A DNA stretch of 64,000 nt, taken from positions 192,001 to 256,000 of the forward strand of contig CAWEMM010000010.1 of NCBI GenBank assembly GCA_963810095.1, read 5' to 3'. Of this stretch, positions 47,002 to 60,756 are shown in pieces; position 1 is the first letter of the stretch, and the number at the start of each line of letters is the position of its first letter. Both the position numbers and the translations under genes were made by a program. The notes beneath the pieces are model-generated. The model had not been told where the DNA came from. It did no database searches and saw nothing but the letters and a program-made list of their open reading frames with translations. The DNA is from an uncultured Chloroflexia bacterium (GTDB taxonomy: Bacteria; Chloroflexota; Anaerolineae; CG2-30-64-16).

Positions 47002-49342
47002 ATTTCTGGAACGCGGCGACCTGATTCCGCTAACCGGCGCAGCGCCCGGGGGTGGCGAGCCGGGCCAGTGCGCCGAATACCTGTTGGAACTCCTGGGCGC
47101 CGACGAAGGCATCCTGGGCGTCGACTACGATACGGGCGCCACCCGGCTGAGCGTGCAGTACGACGCGGCCGTCTTGCCCGCCCACCGTGCCGACGAAATT
47201 GCCGAGCAGATCGGCGACCGCCTGGCGACACACCAGGGGCTGTGTATTATCCGCGACAGCGCGGGCGGCTGCCAGACCTGTGCGGCCGCCCTGCAGCAAG
47301 GGCTGCGCCAGCGCGGGCAGACGTTGGTCAACGTTATGATCGGGCCGGGCCAGCTTGCGCTCGCCGGCGGCCCCGCGCTCCAACCTGCGGAGGTCACCCG
47401 CCCCGTCGGCCCGTCCGAGCAAGCCGAGGTCCGCATTCCGGTTTGGAAGCGCTGGAGCCTCGAGCGCTGGCAAATCCTGCTGACCGCCCTCACCGGCGCC
47501 TTCATTCTGGCCGGCTGGATCGGCGGGGCGTTGGGGCTGTCGCCCGAGGCTTCGACCGCGCTTTACATCGCCGCCTACCTCACCGGCGGGTGGTTCGGCG
47601 TCCAGGCGGGCATCGACGACCTGCGGAAGCGGGTGGTGAACGTCGATCTGTTGATGGTCCTTGCCGCACTCGGCGCAGGCGCAATCGGACAGTGGCGCGA
47701 GGGCGCCATCCTGCTGTTCCTCTTCTCGCTGAGCAACACGCTCCAAACTTACGCGATGGACCGCAGCCGCCAGGCGATCAAGGCGCTCATGCAGCTGCGG
47801 CCCGAGGAAGCGCTCGTCCGCCGCGGCCAATCCGAGGTCCGTATCCGGGTAGAGCGGCTGGTGGCCGGCGATCGCGTCATCGTGAAGCCGGGCGAGCGTA
47901 TCCCGGTCGACGGTGCGGTGGCGCTGGGCGAGTCGGCCGTCGACCAGTCGACCATCACCGGGGAGTCAATGCCCGTGGACGTGGCCGCCGGGTCGCCGGT
48001 CTATGCGGGGACGCTCAACACACGGGGCGCGCTGGAGATCGACGTCAGCAAGCGGGCCAGTGAGAGCACGCTGGCCCGCATCATCGAGTTGGTCGAGAAC
48101 GCGCAGGGCGAAAAGGCGCGGACGCAGCGGTTTCTGGACGAGTTCGAGCAGAAGTACGCGCTGGGCGTCATCGGCGCAACGGTCCTCGCGATCATCATCC
48201 CGCTGCTGCTCGGCCATTCCTTCGCGCCCACCTTCTACCGGGCGATGACGCTGCTGGTCGTGGCCAGCCCGTGTGCGCTGGTCATCTCGACGCCGGCTTC
48301 GATCCTGTCGGCCATTGCCAACGCCGCGCGCCAGGGCATTCTCTTCAAGGGCGGCGTGCACCTGGAGAACATGGCCGGCGTGCGGGCGGTTGCATTCGAT
48401 AAGACCGGCACGCTAACACGGGGCAAACCGGCAGTCACCGATATCGTCCCGACCGCGGGCCACAGCGCAGACGAGCTCCTGGCGCTGGCGGCCGGTCTGG
48501 AGGCCCGTTCGGAGCATCCGCTCGCCGCGGCCATCGTGGCCGAAGCCCGCAAGCGCGGGCTGAAGTTCACGGCGAGCAGCAGTTTCAGCGCCGTCACAGG
48601 CCGCGGGGGCCGCGCAACGCTTGGGGCCAAGACCTACCTGATCGGTAACCGCGAATTGTTCGCCGCGTGCCGCGAGTGTGGCGACGGCCTGCCGGAGGAC
48701 ATCGAGGAACGCATGACCGGGCTCGAAGCCGCGGGCAAGACCGCCATGATCATCGGCGACGAAACGGCGGGCGAAATCCTGGGTTTGCTGGCCGTGGCCG
48801 ACGAGGTGCGGGCGGAGAGCCGCCAGACAGTCGAGAAGCTGCGCAGCCTGGGCGTGGAGCGCATCGTCATGCTCACGGGCGACAACGAACGGGTGGCGGG
48901 GGCAATCGCGGCGCAGACCGGCGTCGACGGGTTCTACGCCGGTCTGCTGCCTGAAGACAAGGTGCGGGTGGTGCGCGAGCTGAGCGAACAATACGGCGCC
49001 GTGGCCATGGTGGGCGACGGTGTGAACGATGCACCGGCCCTGGCCGCAGCTAACGTGGGGATTGCCATGGGCGCGGCGGGCAGCGACGTGGCGCTCGAGA
49101 CGGCCGACGTGGTGTTGATGTCGGATGACCTGACCAAAATCCCGTACGTGAAGGCGCTCAGCCGCCGCGCGCAGCGGGTCGTGTGGCAGAACCTCGTCTT
49201 TGCCATGGCCGTCATTGCCACCCTGGTGATCTCGAACCTGATCGTGGGCGTGCCGCTGCCGCTCGGCGTGGTGGGGCATGAGGGATCGACGCTGGTGGTC
49301 GTCGCGAATGGGCTGCGGCTGCTGCGGCCGGCGCGCGTCTAG
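46985..49342 (+). CDS. P1B-4 heavy-metal P-type ATPase (Fe/Co/Zn export)
   Basis: TGES, ASPCAL, DKTGTLT, SEHP, GDGVNDAP, HEGST. Confidence 0.93.
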   Translation: MGINREFLERGDLIPLTGAAPGGGEPGQCAEYLLELLGADEGILGVDYDTGATRLSVQYDAAVLPAHRADEIAEQIGDRLATHQGLCIIRDSAGGCQTCAAALQQGLRQRGQTLVNVMIGPGQLALAGGPALQPAEVTRPVGPSEQAEVRIPVWKRWSLERWQILLTALTGAFILAGWIGGALGLSPEASTALYIAAYLTGGWFGVQAGIDDLRKRVVNVDLLMVLAALGAGAIGQWREGAILLFLFSLSNTLQTYAMDRSRQAIKALMQLRPEEALVRRGQSEVRIRVERLVAGDRVIVKPGERIPVDGAVALGESAVDQSTITGESMPVDVAAGSPVYAGTLNTRGALEIDVSKRASESTLARIIELVENAQGEKARTQRFLDEFEQKYALGVIGATVLAIIIPLLLGHSFAPTFYRAMTLLVVASPCALVISTPASILSAIANAARQGILFKGGVHLENMAGVRAVAFDKTGTLTRGKPAVTDIVPTAGHSADELLALAAGLEARSEHPLAAAIVAEARKRGLKFTASSSFSAVTGRGGRATLGAKTYLIGNRELFAACRECGDGLPEDIEERMTGLEAAGKTAMIIGDETAGEILGLLAVADEVRAESRQTVEKLRSLGVERIVMLTGDNERVAGAIAAQTGVDGFYAGLLPEDKVRVVRELSEQYGAVAMVGDGVNDAPALAAANVGIAMGAAGSDVALETADVVLMSDDLTKIPYVKALSRRAQRVVWQNLVFAMAVIATLVISNLIVGVPLPLGVVGHEGSTLVVVANGLRLLRPARV

Positions 49343-49350
49343 ACGGATCT

Positions 49351-49450
49351 GAAATAGGACACTGATGCAACTGATTGAACTGATCTGCTCTGTCCTTCAG
49401 GAAGAAGATCGTGATAATCAGGCAGATCTGTTCAATCAGTGTCCCATTTC
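49351..49450. repeat. GGGACGCAGAT-family palindrome between convergent genes
   Basis: gaaataggacactgat...atcagtgtcccatttc. Confidence 0.75.
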
Positions 49451-49457
49451 AGCCCAA

Positions 49458-50477
49458 CTAGTAGTTGGCGCCGCCGGCGATGGGGAGGCTGCGGCGCATG
49501 ACGGCGTAGTTTTCCAGCGCCCGGCCCGCACCCAGCGCCACGCACGCCAGCGGCTGCTCGGCCACGAACGCGGGCACGCCGGTTTCCTTGGTGACAAGGC
49601 GGTCGACGTTCCGCAGCTGCGCGCCGCCGCCGCTGAGCACCATGCCCCGGTCGATGATGTCTGCGGCCAGCTCGGGCGGGGTCTTTTCCAGTGTCTGGCG
49701 AATCACGCCGATGATGGCGGCCAACGGCTCGGCCATGGCCTCGGTGATCTCGCCTGAGGTGAGCATAATCGTCTTGGGCAGCCCGGCCACCTGGTCGCGG
49801 CCCCGCACTTCCATCTCCAGCTCCTCGGCCAGCGGAAGCGCGCTCCCGATCGTCAGCTTGATCTCCTCGGCCGTCTGCTCGCCGATGATGAGGTTATACT
49901 TCTTCCGGACGTAGCCCATGATCGACTCGTCGGTGCGAATGCCGCCGACGCGCACGCTCGACCAGACCACGATGTCGTTCATGGAGACCACAGCTGCCTC
50001 AGTCGTGCCGCCGCCCATATCGACCACCATGTTACCGCTTGGCGTGCCAATGGGCAGGCCCGCGCCGTAGGCCGCGGCGAGCGGTTCGGGGATCAGGTGA
50101 GCCTCTTTGGCGCCGGCCTGGACCGCAGCGTCGTGGACCGCCCGGCTCTCCACGCTCGTGACGCCCTTGGGAATGCTGATCATGACTCGCGGCTTGAACA
50201 TCTGGTTGCGACCGACAACCTTCCGGATGAAGTAACGCAGCATCGCCTCGGTCACCACGTAATCCGCGATCACGCCATCCCGCATGGGGCGCGCCACCTC
50301 GATGCTTTCGGGCGAGCGCCCGATCATGTCGCGCGCCTCTTGCCCCACTGCGACGATCTTGTTGTCCCGGATCGAGATGGCGACGACGGAGGGCTCGCGC
50401 AGGACGATGCCCCGGCCGCTGACGTATACCAAGACATTGACCGTACCGAGATCAATGCCGACGAGTCGTTCGAACAT
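49458..50477 (-). CDS. mreB: Rod shape-determining protein MreB/Mbl
   Basis: [36 protein letters not shown]. Confidence 0.96.
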   Translation of the reverse strand: MFERLVGIDLGTVNVLVYVSGRGIVLREPSVVAISIRDNKIVAVGQEARDMIGRSPESIEVARPMRDGVIADYVVTEAMLRYFIRKVVGRNQMFKPRVMISIPKGVTSVESRAVHDAAVQAGAKEAHLIPEPLAAAYGAGLPIGTPSGNMVVDMGGGTTEAAVVSMNDIVVWSSVRVGGIRTDESIMGYVRKKYNLIIGEQTAEEIKLTIGSALPLAEELEMEVRGRDQVAGLPKTIMLTSGEITEAMAEPLAAIIGVIRQTLEKTPPELAADIIDRGMVLSGGGAQLRNVDRLVTKETGVPAFVAEQPLACVALGAGRALENYAVMRRSLPIAGGANY

Positions 50478-50679
50478 GATGGCTCCTGGGTGCCTGGGGT
50501 CCCCATAGTGTTGGGCGAACGCCGCGCTGCGTGCAGACGCGTGGCGGCGCGGCCGCCGGGTGGGGGTCTGGTGAATTATACGTCAGGCGATAGAGGGAAG
50601 CAAAACCGAACTGTATGGTGGCAAATTAGAAAAGCGGCCGAGGAGTGAACCTCGACCGCTTACCTGCTCTTGCTCGACG

Positions 50680-51138
50680 CTATCCCAGCCGCGACTGGTC
50701 GTCCTGCCCCGGCCCGGTCGTCCCGCGCCAGCCCCCCTGCCGCCGGCCCACGCGCAGGCGGATGTTGCTGCGTCGCAGCTGCATCTCCAGCCCCGAGCGT
50801 TCCTCGCGCGTGACCCCCTGTGCCAGCAACTCTTCGGCGCGGGCTCGGGCGGCCTCCGCACGCTGTACGTCGATCTCGTCGGATCGCTCGGCGGTGCGCG
50901 CCAGGATCGTGACCTGGTTGGGCAGCACCTCCATCCAGCCCCCGGAGACCGCGAAGAACAGGTCTTCCTGCCCTTCCCGCTTCACCCACACCTCGCCGGG
51001 CGCGAGGACCGTGATCATGGGCGCATGCCGCGGCAAGATGCCTAGCTCGCCGTCGATGCCCGGGGCCAGGATTTCGTTCACCTCACCCGAGAAGACCATG
51101 TGGTCCTGCGACACAAAGTCCAGGCGCACGCTAGCCAT
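50680..51138 (-). CDS. atpC: ATP synthase epsilon
   Basis: GELGILPRHAP, GGWMEV, EIDVQRAE. Confidence 0.95.
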   Translation of the reverse strand: MASVRLDFVSQDHMVFSGEVNEILAPGIDGELGILPRHAPMITVLAPGEVWVKREGQEDLFFAVSGGWMEVLPNQVTILARTAERSDEIDVQRAEAARARAEELLAQGVTREERSGLEMQLRRSNIRLRVGRRQGGWRGTTGPGQDDQSRLG

Positions 51139-51142
51139 GGGC

Positions 51143-52609
<1,467 letters not shown>

Positions 52610-53479
52610 TCATGCCGCAGTGAGCGCCGAGGCGCCCCCGACGATATCCAGTAGTTCTTTGGTGATGCCTTCCTGCCGGGCCTTGTTATACGACAGGGTC
52701 AGCTCGCCGATAAGATCGTTCGCAGCCTCGGTCGCATTGCGCATCGCAACCATGCGGGCCGATTCCTCGCTCGCAATCGACTCGTATACGGCCTGGAGGA
52801 TCTGCAATTCGGTCAGCCCGCGCAGCACTTCGTTCAGAATCGTCTGCGGGTCCGGCTCGAAGATGTAGTCCGTCGCGACGGCAGGCAGCGATTCGTCGGG
52901 GACGATCGGCAAGAGCTGCTTGACGACCGGTTCCTGGCGCAGCGTGGTCACGAAGTTCGTGTAGGCCATATACACGGCGTCGAACTGCTCTTCGATAAAG
53001 TCCTCGAGCAGGATGCTGGCGACGGGCGCGATATCATTGCTGGAGGGACGGGCGCTGAGCCCGGTGAATTCGGCACGCAGCGGCGGTCCGTGGCGCAACA
53101 TAATGTCGCGTCCTTTGCGGCCCACGGTCACGACGTTGACGTCTACCCCCGCGCCTTCCCAGGCTTCGATCTGGTCGAAGGCCTTGCGCAAGATGTTGGC
53201 ATTGTATGCGCCTGCCAGGCCGCGGTCGCCCGTAATCAGCAGCAGCGCAACCTTCTTCACATCACGCTGCTTGAGCAAGGGCTGCTCGACGCCTTCCGAG
53301 CGCAGCCGCGCCAGGTGGGTCAGCACAACCCACGAGCGCTCGGCATAGGGCCGCGTGGCGAGAACCTGCTGCTGCGCCTTGCGCATCTTGGCGGCAGATA
53401 CCGTCTCCATCGCCTTCGTCACTTTGGCGATGTTCTTGACGCTCCGGATGCGGCGGCGGATTTCGCGAGTGCTGGGCAT
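52610..53479 (-). CDS. atpG: ATP synthase gamma
   Basis: KVTKAME, DRGLAGAYN, ARMVAM, RQEGITKE. Confidence 0.97.
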   Translation of the reverse strand: MPSTREIRRRIRSVKNIAKVTKAMETVSAAKMRKAQQQVLATRPYAERSWVVLTHLARLRSEGVEQPLLKQRDVKKVALLLITGDRGLAGAYNANILRKAFDQIEAWEGAGVDVNVVTVGRKGRDIMLRHGPPLRAEFTGLSARPSSNDIAPVASILLEDFIEEQFDAVYMAYTNFVTTLRQEPVVKQLLPIVPDESLPAVATDYIFEPDPQTILNEVLRGLTELQILQAVYESIASEESARMVAMRNATEAANDLIGELTLSYNKARQEGITKELLDIVGGASALTAA

Positions 53480-53497
53480 GTTTCTCCTTCGCGGGAG

Positions 53498-53546
53498 AAA
53501 CCTCCGAGGTTTTCAGTGCCCGACAAAGGCGCAACCTCGGAGGTTT
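53498..53546. repeat. REP-like palindrome between atpA and atpG
   Basis: aaacctccgaggttt...aacctcggaggttt. Confidence 0.7.
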
Positions 53547-53548
53547 GC

Positions 53549-55064
<1,516 letters not shown>

Positions 55065-55085
55065 TGCCGTCCCCTTCTTGTGCCC

Positions 55086-55108
55086 GGCGACCGCAGGTCG
55101 CCCCTACA
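55086..55108 (-). repeat. GTAG-type REP
   Basis: TGTAGGGGCGACC-TGC-GGTCGCC on the minus strand. Confidence 0.7.
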
Positions 55109-55127
55109 CGCGCCTACAGCCGGCGGC

Positions 55128-55660
55128 TCAACTCGCGCTGACGCCGAGCGTCTGCTTCAACGCGGCCAGCCGTGAGGCTACGCTGCCGTCAATTAGCTTG
55201 TCGCCGACGCGGATAATCATGCCGCCCAGAATCGCGCTGTCGACTTTATATTCGTATGCCAAGTTGCTGCCGTACTGGCTCACGAGCTTCGCCTCCACCG
55301 CCTGCCGCTGGTCGGCCGCGAGTGGCGTCGCCGTGGTGACCTCCACGGGCGTAGGCCCGCCTGCGGTCTGCTGCATGCGCGCCCGAAGCGACGTGATGAC
55401 CTCCCCGAGCATGGGCAGTTCGCCGTGCTGCAGCAGCGTATAGAGCAGGTTGCGGGCCATGGGGTCCACGCCATCGACCAGGAGCCCGTTAAGCGCAACC
55501 TGGCGTTCGGCGAAGTCGACCTCGGTCGACTGGAGCCGTTGCAGCAGTGCCGGCTGCTGGGCCAACGCTTGCGCGGCTGCGCTCAGCGACCCAAGCAGAC
55601 GCTCGAAGGTCGCCTCTACAAAGGCAGCGGCGTAGTTTTCGCGCGATCGCCGGTGTTCAT
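55128..55660 (-). CDS. atpH: ATP synthase delta (1-nt apparent deletion in A-run ~55638)
   Basis: NYAAAF after correction; VDSAILGGMIIRVGDKLIDGS. Confidence 0.92.
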
Positions 55661-55664
55661 GGCG

Positions 55665-56153
55665 TCACTTGCCCATTTCCGCCAGAACCTGGTCCACCAA
55701 CTGGCGCTGCGCAGCCGCATCGACGGCGCGGCCGAGGACCTTTTCTGTGGCAGCCATCGAGAGCGCGGCGATCTGACTCTGGACCTCGGACAGGAGACGT
55801 GCCTTCTCGGCCTGAGCCTCTTCGTGCGCCTTCTGGCGGATGGCGTCTGCCTCGCGGCGGGCGTCGGCTTCGATCTCCACGCGGACCTTCTCGCCCGATT
55901 GGGCTGCCTGGCCGATAATTTCCTGGGCCTTGCGCTGCGCCTCAGCGATGTGCCGGTCGTAGTCTGCCTGGGCCCTGGCCGCGGCCTCGCGCGCCGCGTC
56001 GACGTCGGCCATGCTCTTGGCAATGCGGTCGCGCCGCTCCGCCAGGACGCGCTGTATGGGTTTATACAGCAGAGCCGACAACAGGATCACGAGCAGCGTG
56101 AAGTTGACGATCTGCGAAACAAGCAGTGACAGGTTGATGCCAAGCGCTTCCAA
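55665..56153 (-). CDS. atpF: ATP synthase b subunit
   Basis: QIVNF..LYKPI..ERRDRI. Confidence 0.95.
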   Translation of the reverse strand: MEALGINLSLLVSQIVNFTLLVILLSALLYKPIQRVLAERRDRIAKSMADVDAAREAAARAQADYDRHIAEAQRKAQEIIGQAAQSGEKVRVEIEADARREADAIRQKAHEEAQAEKARLLSEVQSQIAALSMAATEKVLGRAVDAAAQRQLVDQVLAEMGK

Positions 56154-56220
56154 GTGGCCTCCTTTTAGCGGGCGTTCTTGTTTGAGGCCCAGGGGCCCTC
56201 AAACAGAGAGCGACACTAAA

Positions 56221-56448
56221 CTACACGAACTTGATAATCAGCGCGACCACCAGGGCGTAGATCGCGATGGCTTCGGCGAAGGCCATGCCCAGGATCATGT
56301 TGGTACGGACAATGTCGGCAGCTTCAGGGTTGCGGCCGATGGCTTCCATGGCTTTGGCGCCAACCAGGCCGACACCAATGCCGGGGCCAATCGCACCCAG
56401 GCCAATTGCCAGTGCGGTCCCAAGCTGCTTCATTGCTTCTGCGTCCAT
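56221..56448 (-). CDS. atpE: ATP synthase c subunit (H+-type)
   Basis: GLGAIGPGIGVG, RNPE, AEAIAIY; lacks the Na+-binding Q/ES-T signature. Confidence 0.96.
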   Translation of the reverse strand: MDAEAMKQLGTALAIGLGAIGPGIGVGLVGAKAMEAIGRNPEAADIVRTNMILGMAFAEAIAIYALVVALIIKFV

Positions 56449-56511
56449 GTGTGTCTCCTCTCGCTGTTACAAAGATGACGGGTGAATGGATGATACGATT
56501 TAGGAACGGCC

Positions 56512-57534
56512 CTATGCGCCCGGCGCTGTCGGAGCAGCTACCGGCTCGGGAAGCCCTGCCGCCTCGTGCGCCTGGTGGGTCTCGCCGCCACCGTGGCCCT
56601 CAGTTGCCATGCTCATGAACACGACCGCCAGCATCATGAACACTGCCGCCTGGATGAAGCCCACGAAGAGCTCCAGACCGTAGAACGGCAGCGACGCGAT
56701 GTACGGAATCAGGAACGCCATGACCAGCAGCAGAACTTCGCCGGCGAAGACGTTGCCAAATAGACGGAAGGAGAAAGAGAGCAGGCGGGCGAGCTCGCCG
56801 ACAAGCTCAAGTATGCCGACGAAGATGCCGATGAGGCCCATGAAGGCGCCCTGCTTGAAACCGCTGATATCGAAGAACTTCTTGAAATAGCGGCCTCGCT
56901 GCGCCTTGACGCCGAAGTACTGCGTAAGAACCACGGTGACGACGGCCAGGGCCAGGGTGAAGTTCAGATCGGCCGAAGGTGCGCGGAACCACGGCACGAC
57001 GATATATCCTTCCCCCGCCGGAGCGGGTTCTGCCGTCAGCACAGCGCCGTTCGCCACAAAACCGGTTGTCCCCTCGCCATGCGGGTGCTCGAGCCACCCG
57101 ATGGTGCCGACGCCGGGCAGCAGGCCCGCGTAGTTCGAGAACAGGACGAAAAGGAAGATCGTGCCGACAATGGGGAAGAGCTTCGGGGTCCAGACGCCTG
57201 CCACGCCCCGGGTCAGGTTATAGATCGCTTCGATGATCATCTCGAAGACGTTCTGCACCCCGCTGGGGACCAGGTCAGCGTTGCTGGCCCGGCTCATGTC
57301 CTTGGGGATGCGCCGCGTTGCCAGCAGCGCCAGGACGATCAGGAAGATCATGACGATCCAGGTCAGGAGCAGGCTGTTCGTGACGGTAAAGAACCCGATG
57401 TGGAAGACCGGCTCGGCGGCCAGCGACACGACGGGGGCCGGCACTTTCAGGCCCAGCGCGGCCGAGATGGCGAAGAGCGCAATAATCCCAACCAGGATGA
57501 TGATATTGCGGACGGTGAAGAGCCTCTTAAGCAC
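56512..57534 (-). CDS. atpB: ATP synthase a subunit
   Basis: APSADLN, SFSFRLFGNVFAGE, FIQAAVF. Confidence 0.96.
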   Translation of the reverse strand: MLKRLFTVRNIIILVGIIALFAISAALGLKVPAPVVSLAAEPVFHIGFFTVTNSLLLTWIVMIFLIVLALLATRRIPKDMSRASNADLVPSGVQNVFEMIIEAIYNLTRGVAGVWTPKLFPIVGTIFLFVLFSNYAGLLPGVGTIGWLEHPHGEGTTGFVANGAVLTAEPAPAGEGYIVVPWFRAPSADLNFTLALAVVTVVLTQYFGVKAQRGRYFKKFFDISGFKQGAFMGLIGIFVGILELVGELARLLSFSFRLFGNVFAGEVLLLVMAFLIPYIASLPFYGLELFVGFIQAAVFMMLAVVFMSMATEGHGGGETHQAHEAAGLPEPVAAPTAPGA

Positions 57535-57539
57535 GATGC

Positions 57540-57815
57540 CTAATCCTCCTTATCGTCTACGTGCCCCGGTTGCGGCGAGCCGCCAGGCTGCTGAGCCGAG
57601 GACTGCTTCCCAAGAGCGTCAAGGGTTCGTGTGGCGATGCGCACTGCGCCAATGGTGCTCGCCAAAATGCCGATTATTGCGCCGATAATAATGAACAAAG
57701 GGGCTGTACCGAGACGGCGGTCCAATAGTACACCAACACCCAAGGGGACTAATGTGGAAAGGGCCACAATCCATCCCATTTGCAGCAAGGGTGTGGAAGA
57801 AAGCAAATCTTTCAC
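57540..57815 (-). CDS. AtpZ/AtpI-family protein
   Basis: GVLLDRRLGTAPLF; first gene of the atp operon. Confidence 0.85.
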   Translation of the reverse strand: MKDLLSSTPLLQMGWIVALSTLVPLGVGVLLDRRLGTAPLFIIIGAIIGILASTIGAVRIATRTLDALGKQSSAQQPGGSPQPGHVDDKED

Positions 57816-57853
57816 CGGCCGCGCCCCAGGTCACCCGACTTTTGGCTGGGCGG

Positions 57854-57862
57854 ATTATAGCA
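57854..57862 (-). promoter_or_regulatory. Extended -10 promoter for the atp operon
   Basis: TGCTATAAT ~40 nt upstream of atpI. Confidence 0.55.
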
Positions 57863-57940
57863 GGTAGTGTTTGCGGGCGCAAATTGAACGTGACTCTTTT
57901 TACACAATGTTGTTGCTTAATGCAGGGACACGGCAGGCTC

Positions 57941-58501
57941 TCATGGGCCGTAATAGATCTTGCGGCCGCGGCCCCGGGTGCCGCGGCGCCGCCGCGGTTC
58001 GCCCGCGGCCTCGTCCACCTTTCGCAGCGACTCGAGCGGAACCTCGGCCCGGTTGGTCTCGCCGAGGAAGCGGACCAGGATCCGCACGCGCTCTGACGGG
58101 CCAAGCGGCCCCTGGAAGATGCCCCGCAGGCCGGCCAGCGGGCCGCTGTCGATGACGACCGTGTCTCCCGGCTTGAACGAATGCTTGAGCAGCCCGCCGG
58201 CCGCTTCGATCTCGTCCAGTTCCTGTGCCATCATCGCGATGGCGTCCTCGCTGACGACCGCCGGCTTGCCGGCGAACTCGACAATGCGGCGCAAGCCCGG
58301 CAGGAACTGCAGCTCGTCGACGTTGACCTCGGCAAGGTTGCACCGGACGAAGAGGTAGGACGGAAACAACGGCTGAGGTCGGGCGTCGGGCTTCGGGGGC
58401 GGCAGCAAGGGGAGGAAGAAACTAAAACCACGCGCTTCCAGGCCGCGTGCCACCTGGGCCTCGGCGTTTGGCTTCGTATACAGGGCATACCACGCATCCA
58501 T
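57941..58501 (-). CDS. NusG paralog (RfaH/UpxY/LoaP-like) with Arg-rich tail
   Basis: WYALYTKPNAE, PLFPSYLFV, KOW GDTVVIDSGPLAG, tail RRRRGTRGRGRK. Confidence 0.88.
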   Translation of the reverse strand: MDAWYALYTKPNAEAQVARGLEARGFSFFLPLLPPPKPDARPQPLFPSYLFVRCNLAEVNVDELQFLPGLRRIVEFAGKPAVVSEDAIAMMAQELDEIEAAGGLLKHSFKPGDTVVIDSGPLAGLRGIFQGPLGPSERVRILVRFLGETNRAEVPLESLRKVDEAAGEPRRRRGTRGRGRKIYYGP

Positions 58502-58569
58502 GACTCACCCACTTTCACGCGGCCCGAAGCCGTGTCAACGCTCGCGGGCGGCAGTGCTATAATCGCGCC

Positions 58570-59674
58570 ATGCCGCGTCCTGATCGTCTCCCCGTTTGGC
58601 ACTGCCGTTAACCCCTATATTGGGCTGTTCAGCGGCGGGCTGACGGCCGCGGGCGCCGAGGTGCGTGAAACGAGGAGGTTGGAGCCCGCCGACCTTTCGG
58701 CTGCGGCACGGCCCGCCGTCATTCACCTGCACTGGGTCGAACAATACGACCGGCCGGCGGTGCTCCAGCCGCGCGCCAAGGGCGGACCGGCGCGCACTTT
58801 GCAGCGTGTTGCGCTGCGTCCGCTTAACGCGGGTCTCGGGTATGAAGCCCGGCGCTGGCAGCGCTTCCGCGCCTTGTTCGCCCGGCTCGCGGCCTTCCGG
58901 CGGACCGGCGGCCGCGTCGCCTACACCGTCCACAACCTTGACCCCCACGAGGCCGGCTCGCCCCCTGAGCGCTGGGCGCTGGGGAAGATGATTGCAACGG
59001 CCGACATTCTGCACGTTCACGACGTGTCGACAGCTGAAGCCATCGGCGACCGTTACGGCCGCCGGACGGGCGTCGTCGTTATCCCGCACGGCCACTACCT
59101 GACCGCGTACCCCAACGAGGTGGGCAGAGCAGGGGCCCGCGCCCGCCTCGCGCTGCCCGAGGGTGCCTTCGTCTTCGTGTGCCTGGGCCAGATGCGGCCG
59201 TACAAGGGGCTCGAGGAATTGCTCCCCGCGTTTCGCCAGTTAGCCGGAGACTCGGCGCGGCTCCTGGTCGCGGGCCGGCCGCCCGACGAGTCGTATCTTC
59301 AGCGGCTGCGCGGGCTGGCCGCGGACGATGGCCGTGTGACGCTTGAGCCGCGCTTCATCCCGCCTGAAGAGGTGCAGATCTACCTGAACGCCGCCGATAT
59401 CGCGGTGCTGCCCTACCGCCAGATCACGACGTCGGGCGCGGCGCTGCTGGCGTTCTCGTTTGGGCTTCCGGTCATCGCACCGGCGATCGGCGCGTTCCCC
59501 AACCTGGTGCGGCCAGAGCGCGGCATCCTGTACGAGCCCGGCCGCCTGCTCGATGCAATGAGATCGGCGCCGCGCACCGACTGGACGCAAACGCGCCCTG
59601 CGACGCTGGCTTGGGTCGGCCAATTTGATTGGGGTGAAATAGGGCGCCGGTTGCTTGAGGCGTACATCCGGTAG
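58570..59674 (+). CDS. Glycosyltransferase family 4 (leaderless; 1-nt insertion just after ATG)
   Basis: NPY, HLHW, TVHN, RPYKGLE, LPYRQITTSG; TATAAT 6 nt before ATG. Confidence 0.88.
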
Positions 59675-59740
59675 TGCGGGCGCGGCGCAGCTACGACTGG
59701 TCTACCTGCACGTGCAGGATCGGCGGCTCGGCAGCGGGGA

Positions 59741-60633
59741 CTACAACCGGTAGACCATGACGGCCAGGGCGTGACCCGTCTGGCGGAAGCCAAGCGACTC
59801 GTATAAGCTGCGGGAGATCCGGTTGCTGGCCTGGGTGTTGAGCGCCAGCCCGGGGGCCTTGACGCCGCGGGCAAAATGGATGGCATCTGTCACCAACTGG
59901 CGGCCGATGCCTTGGCCCTGGTAGCTGGGGGCCGTGGCCACACGGATCAGGTGCGCATAGCTGCCCGACAAGCCGGTCGTCGTGATCGAGAAGGCGGCGG
60001 GGCGCCCGTCCACTTCTGCCAGCACCGAGCGGTCCGAGGTCAGCAGCCAGCCGAGGACCACCGAGTCGTCATACTGCCAGAAGGGCCCGAAGGCCAGCGC
60101 ATTGATTTCCAGGACGGCATCCGCATCGGTGGGCCGGGCAGGGCGGATGACCGCGGGCGCCTGCGTCGGGCAGCACCCGGCGACCGTCGGTATGCGCGTA
60201 GGTGATGACCTCGTCCTCTGCCTTGAACCCCGCACCTGCCAGGCCCTCCTGGAGCCAGCCCAGGCGGAGCAAGACAAACGATGCCTTTCGCCCCCGAGCC
60301 TCGAAGCGCGGGCGCAGCTGCCCTCGTCAGCGCGGCGAGAGTCCCGTCAAGCTTGCCCGCGCCCTCGATGGCCGCCAGGTTCAGGTCGGCCCAGATCTCA
60401 TCCTCCTGGCCGGCAGGGGCGCGCAGGTGGAGGCCAAAGAAGCCCTGTGCTTCGCCCTGCAAGAACGAGATCGTGCTAAACCCATTGTGCAGGAGCTCGA
60501 TCTGGTCGTCGAGCGAGGCACTGCCATGCCGCCGCCAGCTGCGCGCGAGCAGTTGATTCAGGGCACCCCGGTCGCCCGGTTCTGCCGCCCGAACCATTGC
60601 CTGTTCCTCACGTGTGAAGGGCCACAGTGACAT
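59741..60633 (-). CDS. Tandem GNAT acetyltransferase (frameshift ~60265)
   Basis: VATAPSYQGQGIGRQL, NTQASN..LYESLGF. Confidence 0.8.
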
Positions 60634-60756
60634 GGGCGAAGTATGCCACAACGATCCATCCGTGCAAGTGAGCCCTTATACGGGTGGGTGTCCGGCGCCC
60701 GTTGCCATAACCTCGAGGTCTTTGAACACCAACAAAAACCCTCCGGAAGGCTCCTC

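Noticed and set aside
56221-56448. Na+-translocating ATP synthase
   Set aside because: c-subunit lacks the Gln and the Ser/Thr after the catalytic Glu (reads EAI)
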